Origin: Octopus vulgaris
Taxonomy: Eukaryota
DNA: 64,000 bases
Direction of reading: 5' to 3'
NCBI GenBank assembly: GCA_951406725.2
Contig: OX597823.1
Span: 36,332,001-36,396,000, forward strand
Positions 38,330-49,836 of the stretch are shown here, piece after piece. Position numbers and translations under genes: made by a program. The notes beneath the pieces are model-generated. The model saw only the letters and a list, made by a program, of their open reading frames with translations. It was not told the origin of the DNA and searched no databases. How positions within the stretch are numbered: position 1 is the stretch's first letter; every line of letters begins with the position of its first letter.

Positions 38330-40320
38330 GATAAACTATTTATTACTGTTACTAAATTTTCTACAGCCACTTTCACATTCCATGACTACCATATTATCAG
38401 GTCACAAATATTCCGGATTATTTTTCCATTTTCCAAATAATTTTCAGTTTCCTTCTTGATCACTCCAGGTGCTTCTACAATCACTAGTATTGTAACCGTC
38501 TTGAAATGCCACATTTTAAAAAATTTCAATCACCAGATCTTTATATTTTCTGAGCTTATTAAAAAGAGAGAAGAAAGACTGGGGAAAGAAGAAAAAAAGA
38601 ATGAAAATGAAAAAAGAAAATAAGGGGGAAAAGGAAAGAGAATTCACAGTGACAATGCTCTTCTCAATATGTGTGACATACCAGTTATGACAATTTTTTG
38701 CACCTCCTGCATAGATGGCGAGTCATAGATCATCCTCAAATAATTTTCAGTTCCCTTTTTGATCATTCCAAGTGCTACATTTTTCTGATTTCAATCAGCA
38801 AATCTTTATATTTTCTGAGCTTATCAAATTCTTTTGCTGTGATATTATGATCACAAGGTATGCTCATATCAATCAATAAACAGATTTTATTGTTTTGGTC
38901 TTCCACAACAATATCTGGTTTATTAGCTTTGATGGTCTAATCTGTATGTACTGGAAAGTCCTAAAGAATCATTACATTTTCTCCCTCAGTTACAGCTTTG
39001 AACCATTTGTTAGCAGTTTTGATTTTATAGTGCCAATATGTTATTCAGTGCAGATATTGACCAACTCTGTTGTGTCTAAATTTATACTCTACTTGTTCTA
39101 AAACATTACTCCCCGAGATTAGGTGCAGTATCAACACTCTGGATCTACTCTATTTTTCATCACATTGGCTTGGTAGTTCTGGGTCAATAAGCTCTGATCT
39201 TGAGTAGCTAAGATAAAGCCTTTGCTCTCTGCCTTTAGCCCTGAGCTCTGTAGCCAATGATGGGTGTGCTTCTGGCCTACATCAGCTTGTTTGCTATGGG
39301 TCACATATTTGCCATGTAGAAGTTTTTGTTCCCACCTATCAGCCAATTGTTTAGACACTGTTTGCTTTGCCATTGATTTCACCTTCTTTGCAACAACAGT
39401 TGCTGCACTTCCATCATGCTGTTCAATTTGGATATTATGCATAAACTCACTAGCAAATTTTTAGCTCTCCTTCATGACAGAATGAAGCTTCTTACATCTC
39501 TCATGGTTTTTAACAAGTTTTATCATCCAGTTGTAAGATGTTTCAAGATATTTGGCCAGTTCAGTTGTGGTGGTTTTGTAAGAGATTTCAAATTGGATCA
39601 CACCTTGACCTACTAGGGCTCTGGGAAGGTAAAGACAATCTGTGTCTGCCTTTGGGTGGATTTTCTTGTCAATTTACCTTATTTCACTCATACAGTTTCA
39701 ACATTGAAACTGTAAATAACAACTGTAACTTCTTGGGAATTTATGGCTAACACCTTGTTATGTGCATTTAACCTAGACTTTAGGAGTGCTCAAACTCTCC
39801 TGTAACATTCCTTCCTGATCTCTTTCATGCTTGCATGCTGAATGCCAGAGCCCTCATTTATTTCAAGGTATTTATAAGTTTGTTCCTGCTCAAGTTGATT
39901 TATAACTGTGTCAACACCACTGAATGTGAGGTCTTCAATTTCCCTTTCTGGAAAGTGGCTTTGGCACATTTATCAAGACCAAATTCCATCCCTATGTCAT
40001 CACTGAATGCTTTCACAGTATGCAATAGACCTTCAAGCTAATTATTATCTTTGCCATAGAGTTTTAAGTTGGCCATATAAAATAGATGGATTATTTTTCT
40101 TGTTTTCAATTTTATACCCATACCCTGTTCTCTTAAGTTCATTTGTAAGAGGTATCAGGACTATACAAAAGATTAGAGGTGAAAGTGAGTCACCATGGAA
40201 AATGCCACAGTTGATGTTAAAATTTGGTATAACTGGAGATTCATATTCCACACTGGTATGTTCTTCAGAGAGTTTGAAATTACAGGAGAAATTTTGAAGA
40301 AATCCAGTAATTTCAAGATC
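38330..40320 (-). mobile_element. Dong/R4 LINE fragments (two 3' ends)
   Basis: GIFHGDSLSPLIF, WEQKLLHGKY..WLQSSGLKAESKGFILATQDQSL, KPDIVVED; the C-terminal segment occurs twice (38430-38560 and 38740-38830). Confidence 0.85.
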
Positions 40321-40654
40321 CATTATTATTGTTGTTGTTATTCATCATCTTCATCGTCTTTTAACATCCGCTTCCCATGCTGGCATGGGTTGGACGGTTT
40401 GACTGAGGGCTGGCAAGCCAGAAGGCTGCACCAGGTTCCAGTCTGATCTGGCAATGTTTCTACAGCTGGATGCCCTTCCTAATGACAACCACTCCGAGAG
40501 TGTAGTGGGTGCTTTTTACATGCCACCGGCACGAGGGCTGGTCAGGTGGTACTGGCATTGGCCACACTTGAATGGTGCTTTTTACATGCCACCAGCAAGG
40601 GAGCCAGTCAGGCGGCCACTGGCAATGACCAATAAAATGTTGATCTGGAACTGT

Positions 40655-41090
40655 CATGTCAATTATCAGGCAGTTTTGTTTGTCCCTCCTAAAGGTTACT
40701 ATATCCGGCCTTCGGTGCCCTCTAACACCTTGTCTTTATGGAAGTCAAAGTCCCAGAGGATTTTTGCCTTCCCTTTTTCATCCATTATCTTTTCTAGTGT
40801 ATGTTGGTACCAAGCACCTGTTACCTCATATCCATACTTCTGGCATAGTGGAGGTTTGGGGCTACCTTGTTGTGTCTGCACTTGTACTCTTTTAGCGCAA
40901 GACTTCACAAGCACTAACAATGTGATTCTTGCTTTTGAACCTTTTCCCACACATTCTGCAGAGATTTGTGACACTTGTGTGGTATATATCCCTTTTCACT
41001 GAGTTGGTATTCAATGCCTGATCCTGGGCACCAATGATTAGGTTTTCAGTATTCTTTTTTTATGTCACCCTTGCTGAGCCACCTCCATTA
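40655..41090 (-). mobile_element. Dong/R4 LINE fragment
   Basis: LCQKYGYEVTGAWYQHT..KAKILWDF motif; adjacent (TAA)/(TGA)n. Confidence 0.8.
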
Positions 41091-41108
41091 TTATTATGTT
41101 AAATGATT

Positions 41109-41141
<33 letters not shown>

Positions 41142-41239
41142 ATATTCAAATACCACTAAGATTAATTTTGCCTGTCATCTTTTGGAATCAATAAGTAAGT
41201 ACCAGCCAAGCACTGGGGTCTATGTAATCAACTAGACCT

Positions 41240-43525
41240 CAAGAACTGAAACAAACAGTAGTCTGTCCAAAACAGACAGAACTAGTAATTTCAGTTAGGG
41301 AAGTGAAAGAAATTAGCACAAAAATGAGCAGCATGGAGTTCAAGGCTACTGGATTAAAAGATTTGGTGAATGTCATGCACGAATAGCTGTGCAACTCAAC
41401 ACCTTGTTAAATGCCGACCAAGTAACACCAGAGTGGTTGACATTAGGTAAGACAATGTTGTGCTTCAAAAACATTGAAAAAAAGCAATATGGTAGACAAT
41501 TATAGGCCGATATACTGTTTGCCACTTATGTTGAAGTTATTGACTAGAATACTCGCAGAGACAATGTACAAACATCTGGGTTCCAAGCATAAGTGCAGAG
41601 GTACCATGGATCAACTCATGATAGATATAACTGTACTTAGAAATTGCAAGAGGAGGAAAAGTAACTTAGCCATGTCATGGATTGACTATCGTAAGGTGTA
41701 CGATATGATCCCACATTCTTGGATTATGGAGTGTATGAACCTATTTGGTATTGCATTGAATGTTGAGCAATTGCTTGGAAAAAGTATGGTGAATTGGAGG
41801 ATGAACCTGACAGCATAAGGAAGGAAGTTTAGGGACAGTAGAAATTAGGAGGGGCATCTTCCAAGGGGACTGCCTGTCCCCACTGATCTTTGTACTGTGC
41901 TTGATACCACTAACACTGATTCTGAGGAAAGCAAAAGCTGGGTAGGTATTCAAAAGCCGCCAACAAAAGTCAACCATTTGTTATTCATGGATGACCTCAA
42001 GCTTTATGGTAAAGATGAAGCCCAAGTCAGTTCCCTCATTGATACGGTGTATGCTTTCAGTGCTGATATCAGAATGGAATTCGGACTGAGAAAGTGTGGT
42101 GTGTTAGTCTTGAAGAGAGGCAAAATCAAATGTATGGACAGGCTAACGATACCGTCAGGGAGGTTATGAAGCAGGTAGAAGAGATGGGCTATAAGTACTT
42201 GGGGATACTGGAAATGGATAAATTGATGGAGAAAGAAATGATGAAGAGCGAAAATTTAAGGTGGAGTACTTGCACAGACTGAGACTGATCTTTAAGTCAA
42301 AATTAAATGGACGGAATAAGATCGAAGCTATCAACACCTGGGCGGTTTTACTCCTTAGACATGGATCAAGGGTAATCACATGGATAGTAGATGAACTAAA
42401 CAGCTTAGACAGAAAAACAAGGAAGTTGCTAACTAGATATGGGTCACTCCACCCAAAAAGTAACACAGACAAACTGTATGTACCAAGAAAAAGAGGGGGA
42501 AGAGGACTTATTGGATGTGAACACAGCATTAGAGCAGAAGAAAACAACATAGCATGGTATGTAAAAAATGCCACAGAACCGCTATTATTAGAAGTAAGAA
42601 GGTCAGGATTGTGTAGGATGAAAGATTGCAAAAATAAAGCACTATACAAGAAATTAAAAACGAATGAAACTGAAAATAGGTGGGTAAAGAAAAGAATGCA
42701 TGGTCAATTTCATAGGGATGTTGAAGATAAGACAGACAGAGGAAAAAGATGGCTGTAGATGACTAAAAATGATTTAAAACCGGAAATGGAGGCTCTAATT
42801 TGTGCTGCCCAAGAACAAGCACTAAGAACAAACTACATAAAATACAGAATAGACAACACATCAGAAAGTGATAAGTGCAGAATCTGTGGACAAAACGGTG
42901 AAACCATATGGCATATTACCAGCCAATGTATGCCACTAGCCCAGAAGGAATATGAGAGACACCCCGACAATATAGCCAGGCTTGTCCATTGGACACTTTG
43001 CAACCAGTATGGACAGGACAGAGCAAAAAATTGGTACAACCACAAACCTGAAGGCATCATCGAAAATAGAAATGCAAAGATCCTATGGGATTTTATGATT
43101 CAGTGAGACCATGAGATAGAGAATAGGAAGCTGGACATAGTCTTAATTGAGAAAGAAAACAAACTATGCTGGATCATAGATATAGCATGCCCAGCTGACA
43201 ACAAGGTATACGATAAAGAAGAAAGAAAAGTTGAGAGATATGACAGGTTAGCTTGAGAAGTTAAGCAGTTGTGGTCGATGAAAAAGGTAGCAGTAGTACC
43301 AATAATTGTCGGAGCCCTGAGAACAGTGAGCAAAAATCTCGAGAAGTACTTGGAAGAAATAGGGGCTGCAATAAGCGTGGAACACTTGCAGAAAACAGCA
43401 CTGCTTGGAACTGCCCGAATACTCTGGAAGGTGCTCGAAAAATAAGAGGTGTTACCTTAGTTCACTGGTAGTGAAACAGCTGATACCGTAATACATCTCC
43501 AGCATTAGAAGCTGTGCAAAGGCAA
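41240..43525 (+). mobile_element. Dong/R4-clade LINE, 5' truncated (RT, CCHC, restriction-like endonuclease)
   Basis: [90 protein letters not shown]; stop 43443-43445; (TGA)n(TAA)n tail; several stops and frameshifts. Confidence 0.93.
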
Positions 43526-43569
43526 TGAAGAAGATGATGATGATGATGATGATAATAATGATAATAATA

Positions 43570-43772
43570 ATCTTTTCTACTCTAGGCACAAGGCCCAAAA
43601 TTTTGGGGGAGGGTCCAACCCCAGTTCACAACTGGTACTTAATTTATCAACCCTGAAAGGATTAAAGGCAAAGTTGACCTCTGCGGAATTTGAACTCAGA
43701 ATGTAAAGACAGACGAAATACCGATAAACATTTTGCCCGGTGTGCTAACGTATCTGCCAGCTCACTGCCTTA
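43570..43772 (-). mobile_element. MetaSINE-domain SINE inserted in the Dong tail
   Basis: Reverse complement of family B, with (TAA)n on both sides. Confidence 0.85.
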
Positions 43773-43811
43773 ATAATAAAATAATAATAATAATAATAAT
43801 AATAATAATTG

Positions 43812-44056
43812 ACTTGAAAATGAATGGAATCGAAAATAGGTGAATAAAGAAAAGAATGCATGGACAATTTCATAGGGGTGTTGAAGATAAGACAGGCAGA
43901 GGAAAAAGATGGCTATGGATGACTAAAAGTGATTTAAAACTGGAAATGGAGGCTCTAATCTATGCTGCCCAAGAGCAAGCATTAAGAACCAATTACATCA
44001 AATACAGAATAGACAACACATCAGAAAGTGATAAGTGCAGAATTTGTGGACAAAGA
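43812..44056 (+). mobile_element. Dong/R4 internal fragment
   Basis: Close copy of 42655-42895 (MHGQFHRGVEDKT..CRICGQ). Confidence 0.9.
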
Positions 44057-44355
44057 TGGTATCTTTGTTTTGGGAAATTAAAGCTGTTTCCCTCTTTTCC
44101 AGCCATTCAGGTGTTGCTTCTGGGTCTGCTTGCCTGTTGAATCTTGCCACTGGCATGGTACTTCAGTACTGGCATAGTACTTAAGCCAGAAACTGGAAAC
44201 CTTGTCAATCCCAAGTGATTTTGCAGTTGCTTGTAGTCCTTAATTTGGTGAGTCCCTTGTCTAACTTCCCAGATTAATCTTGGGAAGTTCTTTGTTTGTT
44301 ATGGTTGGGGATGTTATTACTCAGATTTTTTTTCTCGCTTCTTTTCTCAGTGGAT
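44057..44355 (-). mobile_element. Dong/R4 RT N-terminal fragment
   Basis: GIDKVSSFWLK..PEATPEWLEKRETALI, comparable to [20 protein letters not shown] in the plus-strand copy. Confidence 0.65.
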
Positions 44356-44379
44356 TATTATTATTACAACTATTATTAA

Positions 44380-45218
44380 GGTGGCGAGTTGGCATAATCA
44401 TTAGCACACTGGGTGAAGTGCTTAGTGGCATTTCGCCTGTTGCTACATTCTGAATTCAAATTATGCCGAGATTGACTTTGCCTTTCAGCCTTTCGGGTCA
44501 ATGAAATAAGTACCAGTTGAACACTAGGGTCAATGCAATTGACTCATCCCCTCCCCCAAAATTGCTGCCCTTGTGGAAAAATTTGAAACTATTATTATTA
44601 TTATTATTATTATTATCATCTTCTTTCAATTTTGTTTTGATTTCTTGCCAAGTGTCTTCCCAACACCTAGGGCAAAGAAACTCAATGCATATATTGGTAG
44701 ACCATTAAAAAAGTCATGTGATAGAAAAAATGGGGAAGACAGAGAGAAAAAGTAAAGAAGAAAAAAATGAAAAAGAAAATAAAGAATTATTACTATTATT
44801 ATTGTATAGGTGGCAAACTGGTTGAATTGTAAGCACTTTGGGCAAAACACGTAGTGGTATTTCATCTGTCTTTATGTTCTGAGGTTGATTTACACCCTTT
44901 TGGGGTTGATAAATTAATACCAGTGGAACACTAGTGTCCATATAATCAACTAGTCCCCTCTTCCAAAATTTCAGGCCTTGTGCCTTTAGTAGAATGGATT
45001 ATTATTAACAAGGTGGCAAGTTCGTAGAATTGTTTGCATGCTGGGCAAAAAGCTTAGCAGCATTTCATCTTTATATTCAGAATTCAAATTCTGCTGAGGT
45101 CGATTTTGCATTTCATCCTTTCGGGGGTCAATAAAATAAGTACCAGCCAAGCACTGGAGTCAATGTAATTGACTCATCCCCCGCCCAAACTTGCTGACCT
45201 TGTGCCAAAATTTGAAAC

Positions 45219-45220
<2 letters not shown>
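44380..45220 (+). mobile_element. Three MetaSINE-domain SINEs separated by (TTA)n
   Basis: Copies at about 44380-44590, 44808-45000 and 45011-45220. Confidence 0.85.
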
Positions 45221-45252
<32 letters not shown>

Positions 45253-45791
45253 GAGTGAGAGAGTGGTTCATGCCATCAAAGTGACACTGGGGTAAAATAT
45301 ACGAAGCCCAATATACCCATCATGACTACCCGTCTGATAAGGGTACACCAGGCACATGCATCACAACCATATATGCGCGACATGGTGATCTCATATCAAG
45401 ATAAACTGCACATGACCTTGCAGGTGGGGCCCAGTTAGAATTTTCTTCAGGTTGAGTAGCCCATCCCGCTCAAAAGGTCCCTGAATAAGGGTTGTTTAAG
45501 GATGTTGAAAGAACCACCCATGTTTCCAGAGGTGAATTATTCAAACCCCAAAGAATCCCTCTCAACACATGGCTATGATGCTCCCCCACTACTTCTGTTT
45601 GTGATCAGAGATGCACATATCGTCAGCCACTAAGGGACATCCTCAACTGGTTAAAGTCAAACAACTGACAAGCAAATCTGTGGTATTGAGCAGAATATTT
45701 GCTGTAGCCCATCTTTTATACCAAGACAAAACAATGTACATGATAACACTTCCAATCAGTTAAGATCAGAAGCCATGAGAGCCACTGCCTG
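45253..45791. mobile_element. Unclassified non-coding insertion in (TTA)n
   Basis: About 540 bp, GC-richer than flanks, sharply bounded by TTA repeats; no ORF or TIR. Confidence 0.55.
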
Positions 45792-47228
45792 TATTATTAT
45801 TATAATTATTATTATTATTATTATTACTATTATTTACAGAGTGTGGGTGTCTTGAGAGAAAAACTGGGAATAAGAGGCATCAGATGTGGTGTACAAGAGA
45901 GATGGATGTGCTGGTATGGTCATGTGATGTGTATGGATGAGAACAGCCATGTAAATACGAGCTGATCTCTAACTGTGGACGATGATGATGATGTTTGGAA
46001 CGAGTTAGTAGATTTGAACTCTAAAATATTTTACAGTCTTATACTCTTCCTTATATTGTTATGACTTACATGTTTAATGAAAGAAATCAATGAGACTTGC
46101 TGCTAAGACTATATTGATAACTCATGATAGCAATGTTTATCTCATTATCATGTCTCATGATCACATGCTCCCTCAGAATTATTTACAAATGATTCACCAG
46201 AATATGTATAACTTTGGGTTGATCAAATAACAAACCTTGTGACATCTAGAATTGATTTTTCCATGAGGACAACTAACATGTTTTGTATTTACAGCAATTA
46301 CAAAACATATGTAGTATTGGGATCAAACTCATGTTTTGCCACATATGAATTTCAAATCACAATTCAATCACAGCTTGATCATGTAAGCAACCAATATCCT
46401 CTCCAATCAATGGCTGTTGCTCACATGATGGTTCTGTAGCCTGTCTGGAACTTTCTGTGAGCAAATACAATCAATAAAGGTAGACATTTTGCAGAGTGTT
46501 GAGACATCCAAACCAGTATGATATTCTCCAGTCATCTGGTGGCACGTAAAAAGCATCCACTACACTCACGGAGTGGTTAGCATTAGGAAGGGCATCCAGC
46601 TGTAGAAACATTGCCAGATAAGACCGGAGCCTGGTGCAGCCTTCTGGCTTCCCAGATCCCCGGTCGAACCGCCCAACCCATGCTAGCATGGAGAATGGAC
46701 GTTAAACGATGATGATGATGATGATGATGATCTCAATTTTAGAGTGTCTTGGGTTAAGTTTTGAATTACACTCTCTCTATACCTGTTTTAACAGCTACAT
46801 ATTGGTTTTATATGGAAACAACATGCAACCTAAACAATATCCAGTTATCTTTCAAACCATCCAGCTATAATTGGTGAACCTGATGGTAAATTTCCACAGT
46901 AACAATTGGTGAACCTGGATTTAAAAGGATGGTGTGTGGGTCAAAAATTGATTTCTCCAAATTCTCCAGCCATGAGAACTCAGGACATCAACTATGTCAG
47001 CAAAAGCTTTCATCTTGACATTGGACGATTTTTGGAAGTGTGGCTATGAGAAAGATAGTTTTGAACTGAAGGAAAGTATTTTCTTGATGCTGCCAGGTAG
47101 ACTTAACTGCTATTTCAAGCAAATGGAGATGAAACACATAAAGAGAAGAAAACTCTGAATGACCCATCCTTGCTTTTTCTTGTCCCATTTTTTGTATTCT
47201 TTTATATATATACACACACACACATATG

Positions 47229-47260
<32 letters not shown>

Positions 47261-47940
47261 CTAGCAGTATAGCCTGGTGTTGCTCGGGTTTGTTTTTTAG
47301 TTGCACTTAAAATGGCAGACTTTGGTGTTGCGTTAACAAAGTTTCGACGTAGTTTCAAGCTATGAATAAAAGTATAGTGTGGCGATGCTCAAGTTTGCTC
47401 TGAATGTGCTGCAAATGCATAATGCTGACTTCAATTGTTGGTATTGTTGGTTAATATTCCTTCTATTAACATTATGGAGAAAAAAATTACCCATAGATTT
47501 AAAGCAAAAGGAAGCTCAAGTTTCGAACTGCACTGAAAATCTATTAAGAAGTTAACACTGCAACAGTATTCGTTAAGAAAAAGTACAGGAAAATCCAAAA
47601 CGTTAGTAAGAACAGTTTGTGGTTACAAAAAAAACAAAATATGTTATTTTGAAGCCAAATGGGTGGGCAACATGAATCGTGGTTGTAACTGTAAAATGAA
47701 TAAAATCGACTATTTTACATCACGTATAACTAAAAAAATTTGTAAAATCAAAACATACCCATTGAAGGTTTGACTTGAACATCGTAGATAGTAACAGCAT
47801 GCAGATTGCACAACTGCTATGACTGCCATACCCACAAATAAGAATCACTTAAACCGACAAAAAAGAGATGCCGTTACAAAAAAGAAATGGAGTCACATGA
47901 AACGATCGTACTGCATTACCTCTAGATATCCTTGTTGCTT
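47261..47940 (-). mobile_element. Non-autonomous Helitron 3' portion
   Basis: Minus strand ends CCCGAGCAACACCAGG hairpin, 8 nt, CTAG|T; may continue to about 49830 with interruptions. Confidence 0.7.
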
Positions 47941-48329
47941 ATCTTGATTATATATATATATATATATATATGCACACGAGTGAGTAGATAAATGAAAGAA
48001 GGGCACTTAGCGTATTTATTAGAAGTTACATGTATAGATCAAAACAGTTTGATTCAGATTCCTTGGTACTCTGAATTTCAAGTGTGTGGCTAGTCTTTGG
48101 CCATTGGGGTCTGCATGAGAGTTTGACTGAAGAGAATCAATGTTTATTACTGGACGTTAACTTGTGACTGGTCGAGAAAGGTCATGGGGTATAGCGGTTT
48201 GATGTTGGTTTTTCAGCGACAACAGTTAGTTGGAAAATACTGCATGGTGAACAGGAAATCAACTGTGTGGTGGACAAGAAATTGGTTGTGTGACTGGGGG
48301 AAGTAGGAAGGGGTGGTAGATGTGGGAGG

Positions 48330-48660
48330 TATATATGTATATATGTACATGTATATGCGCATATATGTGCGTGTATGCATCCATACTTAAACAAGTGTGT
48401 ACATGTGCTTAGATATACATTCACACATCCGCACATGCACACACATACATAAAGGCACACGTGCTCACGCATGCACACATACACACACACACATACACAC
48501 ATGGACATACACACATGCATATGTGTACCCCTTTATCCCCATGTACATATACACATTAGCACATGCACATGTGCATGTATATGGGCATGCACATGCATCT
48601 GTGCAATGCATATGGTGAGCAGATGCATATGTACACTCATGCACATGCACACACATGTAC
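48330..48660. repeat. Degenerate alternating purine-pyrimidine low-complexity tract
   Basis: Mixed CA/TG/TA/GC alternation over about 330 bp. Confidence 0.85.
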
Positions 48661-49836
48661 TCATGTGGTCATGCACAAGGGGTGGTGTACAAGGGGTGAG
48701 AGTATGCAGGTAGACAGGTATGGAGAAGTATTTAGAATTGGTGATTTGTGGTTCATGGGGGTTAATTTGTGGTAGTGACCTTGGTGCAGGCAGTGCTAGG
48801 GGTGGCTGATACTAAGGAGGTATATTCGGGTTGTCAGTGGCCAGTGGCTTCAAATTTATCAGAGGGGTATATATATATATATATACCTTATTGAGTAATG
48901 TGTTTCATTTTTGTGTGGGGAGAGAAAGAGAGAGAGAGAGAGAGAGATGAGGCACTATGGATATAGTAAGGAAGGGCCTACTATGAAAGAGAGGGGAGAC
49001 ATAAATGAAATTAAAAATATCTTAAATGATGCTAATGAGATGTTTTTAATCTCTCTCTCTCTCTCTCTTGCTATCTCTCCCTCACACACACAAACAAATG
49101 TTTTTTTTCTTAAACACACAAGATATAGTATGTAAAATAAGGATGGTTTGAAAAGATACAATATTTTCCCATTTAGAATATATTTCGCTTCTCACACAAT
49201 ATTTAAGATATAGTTATTTTAAATTGATTCTTTGCACATAGAGAAAACTGATTTTCTCAATCTCGATTAGAGTTTTGGACAGGAAAACTTGCTAAGGGAA
49301 AGTGAATTTTTTTATTATCTAAAACACTCGATACCATTTGAATCTATTCTGCAATCGGAGATTAATATATCCAGTGATTTTAAGAGGTATGAAAAAGATA
49401 TTTTGTTTTAATATTATACTTTTACTCATTTCACACAAACACAAAAATTCTCCAGGGAATATATTTTTGTCGTTACCACTAATTTCTATAACTTTAGCAT
49501 TTTCTCTTCTTCTTTTCAAAGTTGTTTGAATTTTCAATCTTATGTAATCCACACTCTCAAAAATGTATTTTTGTAAAATGTTGGGGGTGGGGCTGAAGTT
49601 TCCGGACAAAATGTGTTTTGTAGCATATTAGTAGGTCACTGTAGTTCATTCAACAAAAAAAAAAAATTCCAATTATTCTGGAATGGGAGGGTTCCGATTT
49701 CCCACCCTACCATTTTTTCTGACCAAAAAAATAATCCGAATGCGGCACATTAGGAGGTCAGGTTACCTGTTTCTACAGCAAAAAATCCAACGTCTTTTCT
49801 TTGTGAAATGTGTGTGGGTGCACTTATCAAAATTTA

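Noticed and set aside
48040-48095. Penelope-type hammerhead on the minus strand
   Set aside because: A hairpin is present but the CUGANGA and GAAA cores are not intact.
48182-48775. His/Cys/Met-rich ORFs
   Set aside because: Produced by the RY low-complexity tract on both strands.
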